The notes beneath the pieces were generated by a model, which saw only the letters and a program-made list of their open reading frames with translations, was not told where the DNA came from and searched no databases. From IMG/VR virus record IMGVR_UViG_3300028197_001695, positions 54,006-118,005 of that record: a stretch of DNA of 64,000 nt; one strand, written 5' to 3'. Each line of letters starts with the position of its first letter. Within the stretch, counting starts at the first letter, position 1. Below, one piece after another: positions 27,378-38,512 of the stretch. The stretch comes from a virus. A program made the translations under genes and the position numbers.

Positions 27378-29126
27378 TTAGTGTCTTAGCCTTTTTCTAT
27401 TTATCTTAAATTTAATGTTGGAGTCTTTTGCTACTGCGTGGAGTGAACCATAAAAAATCTTAAGAGGACCATCTCCTCCATTACCACTATAATAAGGTAC
27501 TTTGTCTGGTTGTCCATTAGCAGAAAATTTAACCCTTAATTGTGTCCCGCTTGTAGAGAAGACGTGAGTGTCGGTAGAATCTTTATCGTATGTTTCCCAA
27601 GTGCTTCCATTATTATTAGATACATATATTGTTAATGTTGTTGAACTAGGGATACCAAAACTAATTCCTTGTGGCAACGAAACGTGATCAATATTAGCAC
27701 TGTTCGCCAAAGTGAATGTTCCAAATACAACTTCCCAACTTCCTTTTAATTCAAATGGCTTTGCGCTTTCAGGCCATATGTGAAATTGGTGACCATCTGC
27801 TCCCCCGTAACCCATTTTAACCCAATGCTTAGTTCCATTAGCGGATTCCATTAGAACAGCTGGACAACCATAGTCTATGTATAATGATCGACCTCTCCCG
27901 TTAGATGTATCTTCTGTGACTGAAGAATAATCATCAATAGCTACAGGAACATTATTATCCGTGTCGATCCAACCGCCAACATCACACCTACCTCTATCTG
28001 GATGTATCGAAACAAAATTAGGATATGATGGAATCTTATCCATAGGAACGCCACTTGTTTTTTGATACTTTGTGCCTAATCGATTTAAAGGGTTTGTTGA
28101 AAAATAAGTAATTGAGGGGATATTCGCATGGATCGTAGGAGCAGAACCAGTAAAACATGGAGTAATGTCAATATCATTAAACCTATTGCTGTGACCTATC
28201 CACATTCTATTCGGCGCATTAGCAGGATCTGGTATATACATACCCATATCATGCGACCCAGTTCCTTGACCAGCATCACCCAAATCGCACCACAGTAATT
28301 CTGGCGAAGATGTACTAGCATCAAGCACCACAATAAAACTCCCGTTATAATAAGCAAAATAGTACACTCTATCGTTCACTTCATCGTAACATAGTGTGTA
28401 CCTATAACCATCACGATCAATATTTGCACTACCACTATATAAATCAGCAGTGCCAGAACTATTCCCCAAAACTTCTTCAACCCCAGTATTAAGATTACGA
28501 CGAAGTGCTCTTCTGTAATGACGAGCGTCATACTCTCCTACATAAATCCACTCACCTGCTGCTACCAACCCACTGGTGTAGTATAACCCAGAACTAGAAA
28601 TATTTAAATCGCTGCTTCCTGCACCGCCAATAAATCTTTGAGGGTTAGAGTGCGTTGGTCTTGCATCTTTAACGAATGTAGTCCCACCATTAGTGCATCC
28701 ACTATAATCAAATGTAGTATATCCGTCCACATTATATGTCATCACTACACCCAACTTATTTGTGGTATCAATCGCGACACTTTGAAGATGGTTGTATGTG
28801 CTACTAGAATCTCTGTATAAAAAATTAGCATCATAAAATAAACGTGTCATTGACCCATCATTATTCAAACGCCTTACTGCAAATCCATCACCCCAACCAA
28901 CAGTAAATAAAAGATCCCCATCAATTTCGTATCCATTAGGAAATCCGATAACTCTATCTCCTCCATCGTAATCACCCGACCCACTACGCACAGTAGCATT
29001 TGATATACCTCCTTTATATTGAGGAAATATAGCAAAGTTTCCGTTACTACCAGAGTCAGTAATGATAGCTCCGCTATGAGATATAATATTAGATCTCGTA
29101 ATATTACCTTTTGTCAGTTTACTCAT
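27378..29126 (-). CDS. Putative virion-associated protein of unknown function (582 aa)
   Basis: Between fibre genes; C-terminal VSNNNGSTWE..QLRVKF motif seen in virion proteins. Confidence 0.5.
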   Translation of the reverse strand: MSKLTKGNITRSNIISHSGAIITDSGSNGNFAIFPQYKGGISNATVRSGSGDYDGGDRVIGFPNGYEIDGDLLFTVGWGDGFAVRRLNNDGSMTRLFYDANFLYRDSSSTYNHLQSVAIDTTNKLGVVMTYNVDGYTTFDYSGCTNGGTTFVKDARPTHSNPQRFIGGAGSSDLNISSSGLYYTSGLVAAGEWIYVGEYDARHYRRALRRNLNTGVEEVLGNSSGTADLYSGSANIDRDGYRYTLCYDEVNDRVYYFAYYNGSFIVVLDASTSSPELLWCDLGDAGQGTGSHDMGMYIPDPANAPNRMWIGHSNRFNDIDITPCFTGSAPTIHANIPSITYFSTNPLNRLGTKYQKTSGVPMDKIPSYPNFVSIHPDRGRCDVGGWIDTDNNVPVAIDDYSSVTEDTSNGRGRSLYIDYGCPAVLMESANGTKHWVKMGYGGADGHQFHIWPESAKPFELKGSWEVVFGTFTLANSANIDHVSLPQGISFGIPSSTTLTIYVSNNNGSTWETYDKDSTDTHVFSTSGTQLRVKFSANGQPDKVPYYSGNGGDGPLKIFYGSLHAVAKDSNIKFKINRKRLRH

Positions 29127-29277
29127 CAGTCAATTCTTCCACTTTTTGTTCGGCTATTTCTTTAGCTTTTGTTAATAGACGAATAAGTACGTCGTCTTCA
29201 TCTCTCTCAATTTCTAGATTTAAATCTTCTATTCTTTGATCTAAGACCCACTGCCAGTATTCCAAATCGTCTTCCAT
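29119..29277 (-). CDS. Small acidic protein (52 aa, below cutoff)
   Basis: MEDDLEYWQWVLDQRIEDLNLEIERDEDDVLIRLLTKAKEIAEQKVEELTDE; fills the gap. Confidence 0.65.
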   Translation of the reverse strand: MEDDLEYWQWVLDQRIEDLNLEIERDEDDVLIRLLTKAKEIAEQKVEELTDE

Positions 29278-29278
29278 C

Positions 29279-32200
29279 TTATGCTATAGTTGTTTCTACC
29301 CAAAATTGGTGGAAGTTGCTATTATTAGTTCCGCTAATCTGATACATATAGTTTGTATTCATTCCAGAATAAATTAAAGATGCTGAACTCCTACTTAAGC
29401 TGCCTTGTGTTGCATGCTCGTGTTTATAAACATTATATGCTGTAACAAATCTTGCATTAGCACTTGGTGGATTCCATTGTACATAGTATGCATTGTTAAG
29501 GTTTACTACACTCATTGTCGTAGGTTCAGCAGAAGAAACTGCATAAGCAATACTCGCTGTAGTAGCACTTGATAGAATACCATATTTCATTGCATATACA
29601 CGATATGCTTGTGTACCTGTTTCATCAAATGCATTATCAATAATGCTCATTGAAGCAGCAAAGTCATCAGGTGGTACAATAGAAATCAAACCATAATCAC
29701 TTCCATCAATTGAACTATAAACAAGATAAGCATCAATATTTGAAGTAGTAGATGCTGCAAACGTAACCTCTACTGTATTCCCGACAATCGCTGCTGATGC
29801 GCTTGCTGGTGCGTTAGGTGCAGAGATGCCAAGATTCGCCGCAGTTAGTGTCCTTGTAGCAACTGTGCCATTAGCATCTGTAACATGACCCAAACTGTTA
29901 GTTGTAACATTGAAATCAAGATCAGAGATAACCGTTGCTCCTGTAAGCGCACCAGTATCAATATTAATATCATCGCCAGCATGTGTTGGGTGAGTATAAA
30001 CTGTATTCGTATCTGTTGGAGTAGCCCAAGTAAATGTACCATCACCATCACTTCGCAAGAACTGAGATGTGCTTCCATTCCCACTAACACTAAGTTCACT
30101 TGCTCTAACGGCGTTAGCTGCAATCTCACTGGCTCCAACTGCGTCAGTCGCAATTTCACTTGATCCAACTGAATTAGCTGCGAGAGCTGTTGCGATACTA
30201 ACATTGGCAGAACCGTTAAAGTTAACGTTCCCCGTAACATCTCCAGATAATGCGATGTTTCTTGTGGTAGTAAGTATATCCGCATTCGGGTGATAACCAT
30301 CATGGAAAATTGAATAACCATCTATTTGATGAGATGGGTTTGATGAAAAACCGGAAACACTTGAGACAGAAGCAGGAGCGATCATTTGCATCGCATTAGT
30401 CGTATCACTAGTAGCTAATCGTCCTGTAAAGTAATGCCCAGATGTTTCGTAATACGCATCTGGGTTTGTGATTTTTAATGCGATGAAAGAATTTGAACTG
30501 TAGGTAAGAGTAACTAACTCATAACTAGGAGAACTACCTCCTGCTGTACCAATTGAACGACAAGTTCCTGCGGGGTTTGTTCCAGTACCTGCTGAAACAA
30601 CTATATCTACTGAGCAAGCGTGTCTTAATCCGCTTGTCCTGTCCATAGTGACAGTACCATTGACATCATTATATGGTGCATTTCGGCATAACAATAAGTA
30701 TGCAGTAGTAGAATTACTAACGCCTTCATCAACTGTAACGTCAAACCTCTTAAATACAACATGGTCCTGCTGCAATGCAATATGAGAGCTTGCACCAGAG
30801 AAGGTTAATGTCCCAGCCATTGTATCATTAGCATCACTTCTTAAGAATTGTGTGCTATCATAACCATCTAACGTACCAGCATTACCTCCATTAGCAGATG
30901 TAATATACCCTTGAGATTTAACATAAGCGGTTGTCGCTATCTTAGTGCTGTTTTCGTTAGAACTCTGTGTGGTTGCTGTAGGATTTCCTGTGAGAGCAGC
31001 GTTCGTAAACATCGTAGCCTTGCTCTCGTTTGTAACACTACCTAGGCCAACGTGAGCTTTAGTCACACCACCAACGGTCCCCGTAAATGTAGGACTAGTG
31101 AACATCGTAGCCTTACTCTCATTAGTGACATTGCCTAAACCAACATCACCTTTTACTAAACTTACGACACCGCTCTTACCCGCCACTGAAGTGACTAAAT
31201 TGGTATCATCAAGAAGATCTCCAAGATCTAATGTAAACGTAGTCGAATCGTCCCTTGTAAATGTAACAATGCCATTACCACTATTTAAAGAACCAGAAGC
31301 TATAGATCTAGAATCTTCATCTAAGTAAGCCGCTAAAGAAATACTATTGGCTGTACCACTTTCATTTGTATAAACCAAAGAGCCAGAAGTTAATGCTAAA
31401 CTCGTTACTGTTTCTGAACTTACGTAAGTGGTACTATCTACACTACCATCAGCTTTGAGAAATTGTGATGAAGTCCCTCCTGATTTTATAAGTGATGTCG
31501 CAGTAACTGAACCTGCAAAGGTTGCGTTTTGTGAAGTGTCTAGATGTAATGCTCTAACACCACCTGACCACAAGTTTGTGTCTTGAGTATTGTATATATT
31601 AAATGATTGAGCTGCCCCACCTGTTTGCGTTCTAGTCGAGCTATTCCTCCATATTTCTGCATTACCTGTGTCATTAACCCATTTTCTAGAAACATAAGCG
31701 GCACTTCCTGCGTTAGAGTTTGTTTGAGTATTAAAACCTCCACTGTTAACGTTAGTATCAAAAGTAGCAGCACCGTTTATATCTAAACTAGTAGCAGTAA
31801 CTGAACCTGCAAAAGTTGCATTACCAGAACTGTTTATAGTTAATCTATCAGCTCCATTTGTACCTAGTAAAATTGATTGATTTGATGGTTTTATTTTTAT
31901 CCAACTATAATTACCCGCTCCCGATGCTCTAGCTTGGAATCTCATGTCTGATAACACATCTGTGATACCAACTCTTTCCATGTAAAAACCATTACTATCA
32001 TCGTTTGAATAAATAAAACTATTTCCAGTTGTAGCCCATTTAAAACTTCCATTAACCGTTACATCACCTGCAAAAGTTGATGCTCCTGTTCCTGAGCATT
32101 GTATAACTCCTCCAACAGAGACTATCCCCGTGTTGGGGTTTAATGCGAGATTCGTTCCAGAAGGGGTCAATATTTGACCTCCACCAACAGTTACATTACC

Positions 32201-34783
32201 TGAAGCAACTGTATCACCAGTAGAACTAATAGTTAAAGCAGTACCGTCTACTGAGTTAATAAACTGGAATCCGTTACCTGTTAATCCAGTAGTGGCTTTC
32301 CATGTTCCACCATAGTTTCTAAATTCACCACCACTACTTGAATAAAGATTTAAAAAAGAAACTATTCCAGTATTATTAAATTGTGCTCTAAGCGTACCTC
32401 CAGTCGTGACACCTAACGCATCAGCACCAATTCTATAAATTCCAGTATCTGTATCGCCAGCAAATGTTAAGGAAGGTGAAGCAGCGGAACCAACAGGAAT
32501 CGAAACTCTCTCGCTAAACGTCCAAGCATCCGTAGAATTAACCCAGTTGATTGTTTTATCAGTCGCACCTTTGAGTGTGATACCACCACCGTCAGCAGTC
32601 GCGTCAGTCGGTGTTGCAACAGTTCCTAACTCAATGTTTTTATCATCAACCTGAACTGTCGTACTGTTAATCGTTGACGTTGTGCCATTGACTGTGAGGT
32701 TTCCACCTATAACTAAATCGCCTGTAGCATCTACCCTGCCATCATTTCTGATACTAAATAAACTAGCAGAAGCGGAATCTCTGGCGACAAAAGCGTTAGC
32801 CGTTGTGTCAGCGGTAGAACCTTTTAGTTCTAATTTAGCACTTGGACTAGTTGTTCCTATACCAACTTCACCAGAAGAAGTAATACGCATTCTTTCATCA
32901 ACACCTGCATTATTAGAAAACCTCCAATCATTTCGACATTCAAGTTCTGCTTCTCCCGTACTATCTTTAAATCTTACAGTTACAGCGGTATCAGTTGATT
33001 CAAATATAGTGTTAGCGTTTGATGTCCCAGAATTTACGTGAAGTTTTCTATCTGGACTCGTTGTTCCTATACCAACGTCACCAGAAGAGTCAAACACCAC
33101 CTGATTTGCTGCTGTACCTGTGGCTGCTGGTCTAAAATATAATTTTCCTCCAGAAGAGTTGATCCAATATTTATTAGCATTGTTTTCAGTAAATCTTATA
33201 TATTGACCTTTACCAGAATGACTATCAATGTATAATGAAGAATGATTATCTGTTGATTCTATTCTCGCTCCAGAATCACCACTGAATAAAACATGTAGAG
33301 GTTGACTTGGATTAGTTGTCCCTATACCAACGTTACCTCCTGCTTCTACAGTCATTTTCGTGGACTGTGCTGCGCCTGTTGCGCCTGTATCAATTCTTAA
33401 ATCACCACCATCAATACTTCTTAAAACGGCAACTCCATTACTTCCCGTATTTCTTTGTAAAGCGATAAAAGGCTCCACGTTGGCTGAAGTCCTTACTATT
33501 ATACCATCTGAACCCGAGGATTGCACATGGAGTCTGGCAGCTGGACTAGTTGTTCCTATACCTACATTACCAGAAGAATTGATGCGAACTGACTCAGAAC
33601 CATTTGTCAAGAAAGCGTGGGTGCTAGCATCTTGAGAGACTAGTAACCATTGTTTATCATCTGTTCCTATGTACAGACTTTTATCATTATCTGTTGTAGG
33701 TCTGATATACGAAAACCCTCTAGACATATAAAGCCCATAACCATTGATTTCAGTATAAGTGTTGTCATTATGATAAAAACGACTTGATGTATCAGTTGTC
33801 CCGTCTCCCACCTGAAAGTTTACAGAAGGACTAGTTGTTCCTATACCAACGTTACCGTCAGCAGCGATAAGCATTGCTTGGGCGTTGTTACCAGCTAAGA
33901 ATCTAATTTTACCTGATGCTGTGGTAGTCGCTATATCAAAAGTATTAGTTGTAGTAAAACCTAAATACCCTGCTCTAGAAGTGTTGTTGCTTGCATAGTA
34001 TTGTTGGTAAGCTCTAATATCATTTGCATTCGTAGTAGCAGTATCTGTGAATCTTAAGCATTCATCATTGGATGTCGCTACGTTTAATATAGCTGCTGGA
34101 TTAGTTGTTCCTATACCAACGTTGCCGTTAGTATGAATTCTCATCCTTTCAGCATAAGAACCCCCACCCATAAACTTAACTGGACCTCCGCCTGACCAGC
34201 CGAATTCTAATTGATTACCACTATTGACTCTTGCAATTGTTCTTATATTTGAACTATTATCTTTAGAACGTAATTCAATACCATTATTAAGAAGTATATG
34301 TCCTGTCATATTACCACCTGCCAGTGGTAGTTTAGTATTGTCAGTTGATGAGGATAAACCTGTTAGGTTACTACCATCACCATGAAAGGCAGTAGCAGTT
34401 ACAGCACCTGCGAAAGTTGCCGCTTCGCTACTACCATTACCAAGTCGTAATATTTCTGAACCTAAATGTACAAACTGAAAACCATCTCCTACTGAGCTGT
34501 GATCTCGAAATCTTCCAACAAGACCGTTACCATCTATTCTTAGGCGTTCATTGAATACATCAATCTCTCTAATGTATAGCGTCCTAAAATCTTTAGAATT
34601 CGTGGTTCCCAAGTCTACTTCGTTATCCGCATCTGGTATTATGTGATTTCCGACAGTCAATCCGTTAAATGTCGGAGAATGTGTGGTATTTAACTGTAAA
34701 TCATCCAGAACTTCAGAAGTCTTTAAAGATTCGAAGGTGGTTTGGTTATTGGTTCCTGTTGTTCCTACGAAATACTCAGACAT
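29279..34783 (-). CDS. Giant tail fibre-like protein (1834 aa) with six G(N/D/E)VGIGTTxP repeats and a C-terminal Fn3-like region
   Basis: Repeats read from the translation; GTGTAA at 34805-34810. Confidence 0.8.
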   Translation of the reverse strand: MSEYFVGTTGTNNQTTFESLKTSEVLDDLQLNTTHSPTFNGLTVGNHIIPDADNEVDLGTTNSKDFRTLYIREIDVFNERLRIDGNGLVGRFRDHSSVGDGFQFVHLGSEILRLGNGSSEAATFAGAVTATAFHGDGSNLTGLSSSTDNTKLPLAGGNMTGHILLNNGIELRSKDNSSNIRTIARVNSGNQLEFGWSGGGPVKFMGGGSYAERMRIHTNGNVGIGTTNPAAILNVATSNDECLRFTDTATTNANDIRAYQQYYASNNTSRAGYLGFTTTNTFDIATTTASGKIRFLAGNNAQAMLIAADGNVGIGTTSPSVNFQVGDGTTDTSSRFYHNDNTYTEINGYGLYMSRGFSYIRPTTDNDKSLYIGTDDKQWLLVSQDASTHAFLTNGSESVRINSSGNVGIGTTSPAARLHVQSSGSDGIIVRTSANVEPFIALQRNTGSNGVAVLRSIDGGDLRIDTGATGAAQSTKMTVEAGGNVGIGTTNPSQPLHVLFSGDSGARIESTDNHSSLYIDSHSGKGQYIRFTENNANKYWINSSGGKLYFRPAATGTAANQVVFDSSGDVGIGTTSPDRKLHVNSGTSNANTIFESTDTAVTVRFKDSTGEAELECRNDWRFSNNAGVDERMRITSSGEVGIGTTSPSAKLELKGSTADTTANAFVARDSASASLFSIRNDGRVDATGDLVIGGNLTVNGTTSTINSTTVQVDDKNIELGTVATPTDATADGGGITLKGATDKTINWVNSTDAWTFSERVSIPVGSAASPSLTFAGDTDTGIYRIGADALGVTTGGTLRAQFNNTGIVSFLNLYSSSGGEFRNYGGTWKATTGLTGNGFQFINSVDGTALTISSTGDTVASGNVTVGGGQILTPSGTNLALNPNTGIVSVGGVIQCSGTGASTFAGDVTVNGSFKWATTGNSFIYSNDDSNGFYMERVGITDVLSDMRFQARASGAGNYSWIKIKPSNQSILLGTNGADRLTINSSGNATFAGSVTATSLDINGAATFDTNVNSGGFNTQTNSNAGSAAYVSRKWVNDTGNAEIWRNSSTRTQTGGAAQSFNIYNTQDTNLWSGGVRALHLDTSQNATFAGSVTATSLIKSGGTSSQFLKADGSVDSTTYVSSETVTSLALTSGSLVYTNESGTANSISLAAYLDEDSRSIASGSLNSGNGIVTFTRDDSTTFTLDLGDLLDDTNLVTSVAGKSGVVSLVKGDVGLGNVTNESKATMFTSPTFTGTVGGVTKAHVGLGSVTNESKATMFTNAALTGNPTATTQSSNENSTKIATTAYVKSQGYITSANGGNAGTLDGYDSTQFLRSDANDTMAGTLTFSGASSHIALQQDHVVFKRFDVTVDEGVSNSTTAYLLLCRNAPYNDVNGTVTMDRTSGLRHACSVDIVVSAGTGTNPAGTCRSIGTAGGSSPSYELVTLTYSSNSFIALKITNPDAYYETSGHYFTGRLATSDTTNAMQMIAPASVSSVSGFSSNPSHQIDGYSIFHDGYHPNADILTTTRNIALSGDVTGNVNFNGSANVSIATALAANSVGSSEIATDAVGASEIAANAVRASELSVSGNGSTSQFLRSDGDGTFTWATPTDTNTVYTHPTHAGDDINIDTGALTGATVISDLDFNVTTNSLGHVTDANGTVATRTLTAANLGISAPNAPASASAAIVGNTVEVTFAASTTSNIDAYLVYSSIDGSDYGLISIVPPDDFAASMSIIDNAFDETGTQAYRVYAMKYGILSSATTASIAYAVSSAEPTTMSVVNLNNAYYVQWNPPSANARFVTAYNVYKHEHATQGSLSRSSASLIYSGMNTNYMYQISGTNNSNFHQFWVETTIA

Positions 34784-34829
34784 ATCAACGAATTATACAT
34801 TCTGTTACACTATTTCACCACAAATGCAG

Positions 34830-34867
34830 AAAAAAAAACCTGCCTCAACGTTAATCGAGGCAGGTTT
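34830..34867 (-). terminator. Intrinsic terminator
   Basis: AAACCTGCCTC-10 nt-GAGGCAGGTTT followed by a U tract on the minus strand. Confidence 0.85.
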
Positions 34868-34884
34868 AATATTTATTTTCTGTA

Positions 34885-36699
34885 TTAGGACGCGTCTTCG
34901 ATCCAGTTATAATTAATTGTAGCAGAAGTAACTAAATTAGTTTGAGACCAAACGTTATTGATTTTTAATCCATTCCCATTCACACTTACGGATAATTCAG
35001 AAGAACTAGCCGCAGCATTTGAACCTTGGAAAGTGTTCGTAACAAAAGATTGCAACATATTTGTACTATCTGAATCTCTACGGATTGCTCCTTGAATTTT
35101 CCACATAGAAACATGATTTCCATTGTCAGAATCTTGGTCTGTTCTGACTGATTGAACAACACCTTCAAAAGCGACAGTCGTCTTATCATTCAAGTCCATT
35201 GCGTTTCCATTTGCCGCACCACTTGTAGTAATGCCGTAAGCACCTGTACCACGAAGTATAATGATACCACCCTTTGTTACCAAGTTTGTCTCTGCGCTAT
35301 TATCAGAACCAAGTTCAATCTCATCAAGATGGCCTTGGTCTGAGGATGTGCCAAGACTTGTTGTGTTTCCAAGAGCAACTGCTCCACCTCCAGCAATCCC
35401 GGACCCAGCAGTAATTGTAATACTACTATTGGAAAGTTTGCTGTTCGCAATCGAACCTGCTAACTGAGTATTAGTGATTGTGCCAACAAGTGCCGTTGTA
35501 GGATAATTGGTAGCATCCGAAAGATCGAAAGCTGGAGTAGCGTCTGACCCACCCAATGATAGAGCAACTCCACCGTAAGAAACAGAACTATTAACAAACT
35601 TTGAGTTAGCAATAGACCCTGCCAACATGTCATTTTCAACAGCTCCATTTGCAATTGTCGCAGTCAGAGTCCCAGTCATATCTGCGTTAAAATCGACATG
35701 TCCTTGTAAATCTCCACCTAACTCTATCCTAGAGTCTGCTACCCAAGATGATGCCGTAGAAGCATTACCAACAATATCAGCAGCAATGTCTATGCTATTA
35801 GTTTTCCAACGATTGTTTGTACCATCAAAAGTAAATTCAGCAATGTTCGCAGCTCCAGTTCCATCAATGATAATACCTCCACCATCAGCAGACGCTGCAT
35901 TAGGCGCACCAGTACCAAGAACTAAGCTAAGATCATCAATTTGGACGCTTGTAGAATTAATGGTCGTTGTTGTGCCATCAACCTGAAGGTCTCCAGCGAT
36001 AATAACCTTACCTGATGCACCAGCAGCGTCTGGATCAATCGTGATTGTAGCTGGACCTGTAATACTACCACCACCAACACGAATATCACCAACAGTAATA
36101 TCATTGCTTGTAACAGCATTAACGTCAGTAACAGCATCGAAAGTAGGAACGCCTGAAACAGCTTGAAGATCGTCAATCTGATTTTCCAAATAACCAGTAG
36201 CAGTCCTTAAAGTTACAAGTTCAGCATCATTACCAGTAATATTAGTATTTAAAACACCAGTAGCAGTCCTTAAGGTTGCTAATTCAGTATCATTAGTGGC
36301 AATCCGACCATTTAAAATACCAGTGAGAACGTTAACCTCTGTTCTAGGATAATAAATAGTATCTAAATTTATAGAACTAACAGCTGTTGCAACAACGTGA
36401 CCATCTGCATCAAGGTCTACAGTGATATTATTTAGGACAGAACCACTTGCATTTGTTGTAACTTCAATGTCAGAACCCGGAGTTATATCTACGTGATTCG
36501 TTAAAGCAGCCAAAACACCCGACATGTCGTAGATAGCATTTTGAGAGGCTCCAATATCAGTAACGCCATTTGCAATAGAGTTTTGTATTGCTGTCCCCCT
36601 TACATCTCCAGTGAAGGTTGATATATCCGTCAGGCTTCCTGTTCGAAAGTCTACCTGAGTGCCGTTAAGTTCGCCTTTATAAATTAAATTCGTCGCCAT
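34885..36699 (-). CDS. Virion fibre/structural protein (604 aa)
   Basis: Shares the TTINSTxVQxDD..DGGG module with the other fibres; GTGTAA at 36723-36728. Confidence 0.7.
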   Translation of the reverse strand: MATNLIYKGELNGTQVDFRTGSLTDISTFTGDVRGTAIQNSIANGVTDIGASQNAIYDMSGVLAALTNHVDITPGSDIEVTTNASGSVLNNITVDLDADGHVVATAVSSINLDTIYYPRTEVNVLTGILNGRIATNDTELATLRTATGVLNTNITGNDAELVTLRTATGYLENQIDDLQAVSGVPTFDAVTDVNAVTSNDITVGDIRVGGGSITGPATITIDPDAAGASGKVIIAGDLQVDGTTTTINSTSVQIDDLSLVLGTGAPNAASADGGGIIIDGTGAANIAEFTFDGTNNRWKTNSIDIAADIVGNASTASSWVADSRIELGGDLQGHVDFNADMTGTLTATIANGAVENDMLAGSIANSKFVNSSVSYGGVALSLGGSDATPAFDLSDATNYPTTALVGTITNTQLAGSIANSKLSNSSITITAGSGIAGGGAVALGNTTSLGTSSDQGHLDEIELGSDNSAETNLVTKGGIIILRGTGAYGITTSGAANGNAMDLNDKTTVAFEGVVQSVRTDQDSDNGNHVSMWKIQGAIRRDSDSTNMLQSFVTNTFQGSNAAASSSELSVSVNGNGLKINNVWSQTNLVTSATINYNWIEDAS

Positions 36700-36749
36700 G
36701 ATGAGTAACTAGTTAAATCTAGTTACACAATAAAGGGGGAATCAGAAAA

Positions 36750-37289
36750 TTAATATTTTAATTGAGTTAAGTCAATTTTACCTAGCCAGCGAATATTTGT
36801 CTCAGATTTTCCTGTCGCAAAGAATTTTAAAGAACCATTTGAAGCACTTACTGAAAACTGAACATCTCCCACGCCTATTCCATCGTGAATAATATGATTA
36901 TGGGGTTCTCCCAATATTTCTACAGAGTTCGCACTAGATCCTCTCTTAGCACCGCCATTAACATGCATAACAGCAGTATCACCATTCTCTGCTCTTGCTA
37001 TAAACTGACAACAAAAAAAGTAAGAAGTATTATCTTCTAAGACAAACCTCGCATTAGAACCATCTAAAAACAACTCAGTCTCAGAATCATCTGTAGAACT
37101 ACCACGAAGTAAAAAAAAGCAGGTCTGGGCATCCCCAGCGGTAGAGAAAAAACCATTAGAAATAATAAACTGGCTCTGCTGAGAGTTAATACTCGGATTC
37201 TCAGAACCACCACCAAAAATAGCTTTTGAGACATTCTCAGAATTAAGAGTCTCTACAACTAAATTTTTTAATTTTATTTCTAGTGCCAT
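36750..37289 (-). CDS. Putative virion structural protein
   Basis: LLRGSSTDDSETELF domain resembling the C-terminus of 34885-36699. Confidence 0.55.
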   Translation of the reverse strand: MALEIKLKNLVVETLNSENVSKAIFGGGSENPSINSQQSQFIISNGFFSTAGDAQTCFFLLRGSSTDDSETELFLDGSNARFVLEDNTSYFFCCQFIARAENGDTAVMHVNGGAKRGSSANSVEILGEPHNHIIHDGIGVGDVQFSVSASNGSLKFFATGKSETNIRWLGKIDLTQLKY

Positions 37290-38512
37290 TATGTATTCGG
37301 AATTGATCTCGTTTGCAGCACGTAACCTGTACCTATATTATCTGAAAATTCTACAAAGAATCCAGTAGTAGTTATGTCTCTCACTGCTAAAAAGTAAGTT
37401 CTTTCTCCTCCACTTGGTAGCTGTAATTCACATTGAACCATTGGCGCAGAAGAAAATGCAGTGCTGAATTCTATTCCTGTCTCATCTATACCAGAAGGTA
37501 AAACTGTATCAAATCTCTGGCTAGTTTCTTGAGATTGGACCCAAGTTCTCGTAGCCACCGTCTCTCCACCCATAGTTATGTCTTCTGCTACCGCTAAATT
37601 ACCTGTTGGCACATCTACCCCACTTGCAAAATCAATTGTCAACCCATGATCCGAGAAAGAAGTTTTACTTCTACCTACTTTTCCGTCAGCTAGAACCATT
37701 GAACCTTCATGTATAGCCCTACCTCCTCTTCCAGCCATAACCGTGGAAAAAGACCCACTAGCAAAATTATTAACACCACCAACTACAATAGCATTAGAAG
37801 CATCCTGAATGTTGTTGTTCTCACCACCTAAAATTATAGAGTGATCAGGTGCTATAGTACCACTAGTGATATTACTACTTTGTCCACCAACAATAACCGC
37901 ATTAGAGGCTCCTAAGATGTCATTATCATAACCTCCATCCACTAAAGAAGCTGTAGACTGCTTAATAGAATGAGCTGTACCACCATTGATTGTGTTATAT
38001 CCAAGACCACCATTTTCAATTAAGTTAGATCTACCACCAATAATAACAGAATAATCATCACCACTAATAATATTTAACTCCCCTCCTGCTATAATATCGT
38101 AATCACCAAAAATTTGGTTGCCACTACCAAGTATGGCAGCAGAATATAGTGAGTTTACTGCGTTGTCTCCAATGATAAGAGCTTCAGCATCAATATAAAG
38201 CTTTCTCTCTGAACCATCAAGATCACCAGTTACAGATATGTCTTGTCCACCAGCATTAATTATATAACCAGAAGCAAAAGTTTTAACACCACTAATGGTT
38301 TCTTCTCCTGTGATATTTACGAAGGCATCTGGGTTACCACCTATTTGATTATACTGATCTAATGTTAAGTGATAATATTCGCCTGTATCACCACCTTGAA
38401 TACCCACAAGTGAATTGTGAGATGTACCACCAACACCTAAATTTAAACCTGTCGAAGAGGATATCGACAGGTCTACATTGGGAGTCTCTGTGACTGTTAC
38501 ATTAATGCTCAT
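37289..38512 (-). CDS. Putative virion fibre protein with Gly-rich GG-x-N repeats
   Basis: GGELN, GGRSN, GGYDN, GGENN repeats (beta-helix/roll-like). Confidence 0.6.
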   Translation of the reverse strand: MSINVTVTETPNVDLSISSSTGLNLGVGGTSHNSLVGIQGGDTGEYYHLTLDQYNQIGGNPDAFVNITGEETISGVKTFASGYIINAGGQDISVTGDLDGSERKLYIDAEALIIGDNAVNSLYSAAILGSGNQIFGDYDIIAGGELNIISGDDYSVIIGGRSNLIENGGLGYNTINGGTAHSIKQSTASLVDGGYDNDILGASNAVIVGGQSSNITSGTIAPDHSIILGGENNNIQDASNAIVVGGVNNFASGSFSTVMAGRGGRAIHEGSMVLADGKVGRSKTSFSDHGLTIDFASGVDVPTGNLAVAEDITMGGETVATRTWVQSQETSQRFDTVLPSGIDETGIEFSTAFSSAPMVQCELQLPSGGERTYFLAVRDITTTGFFVEFSDNIGTGYVLQTRSIPNT

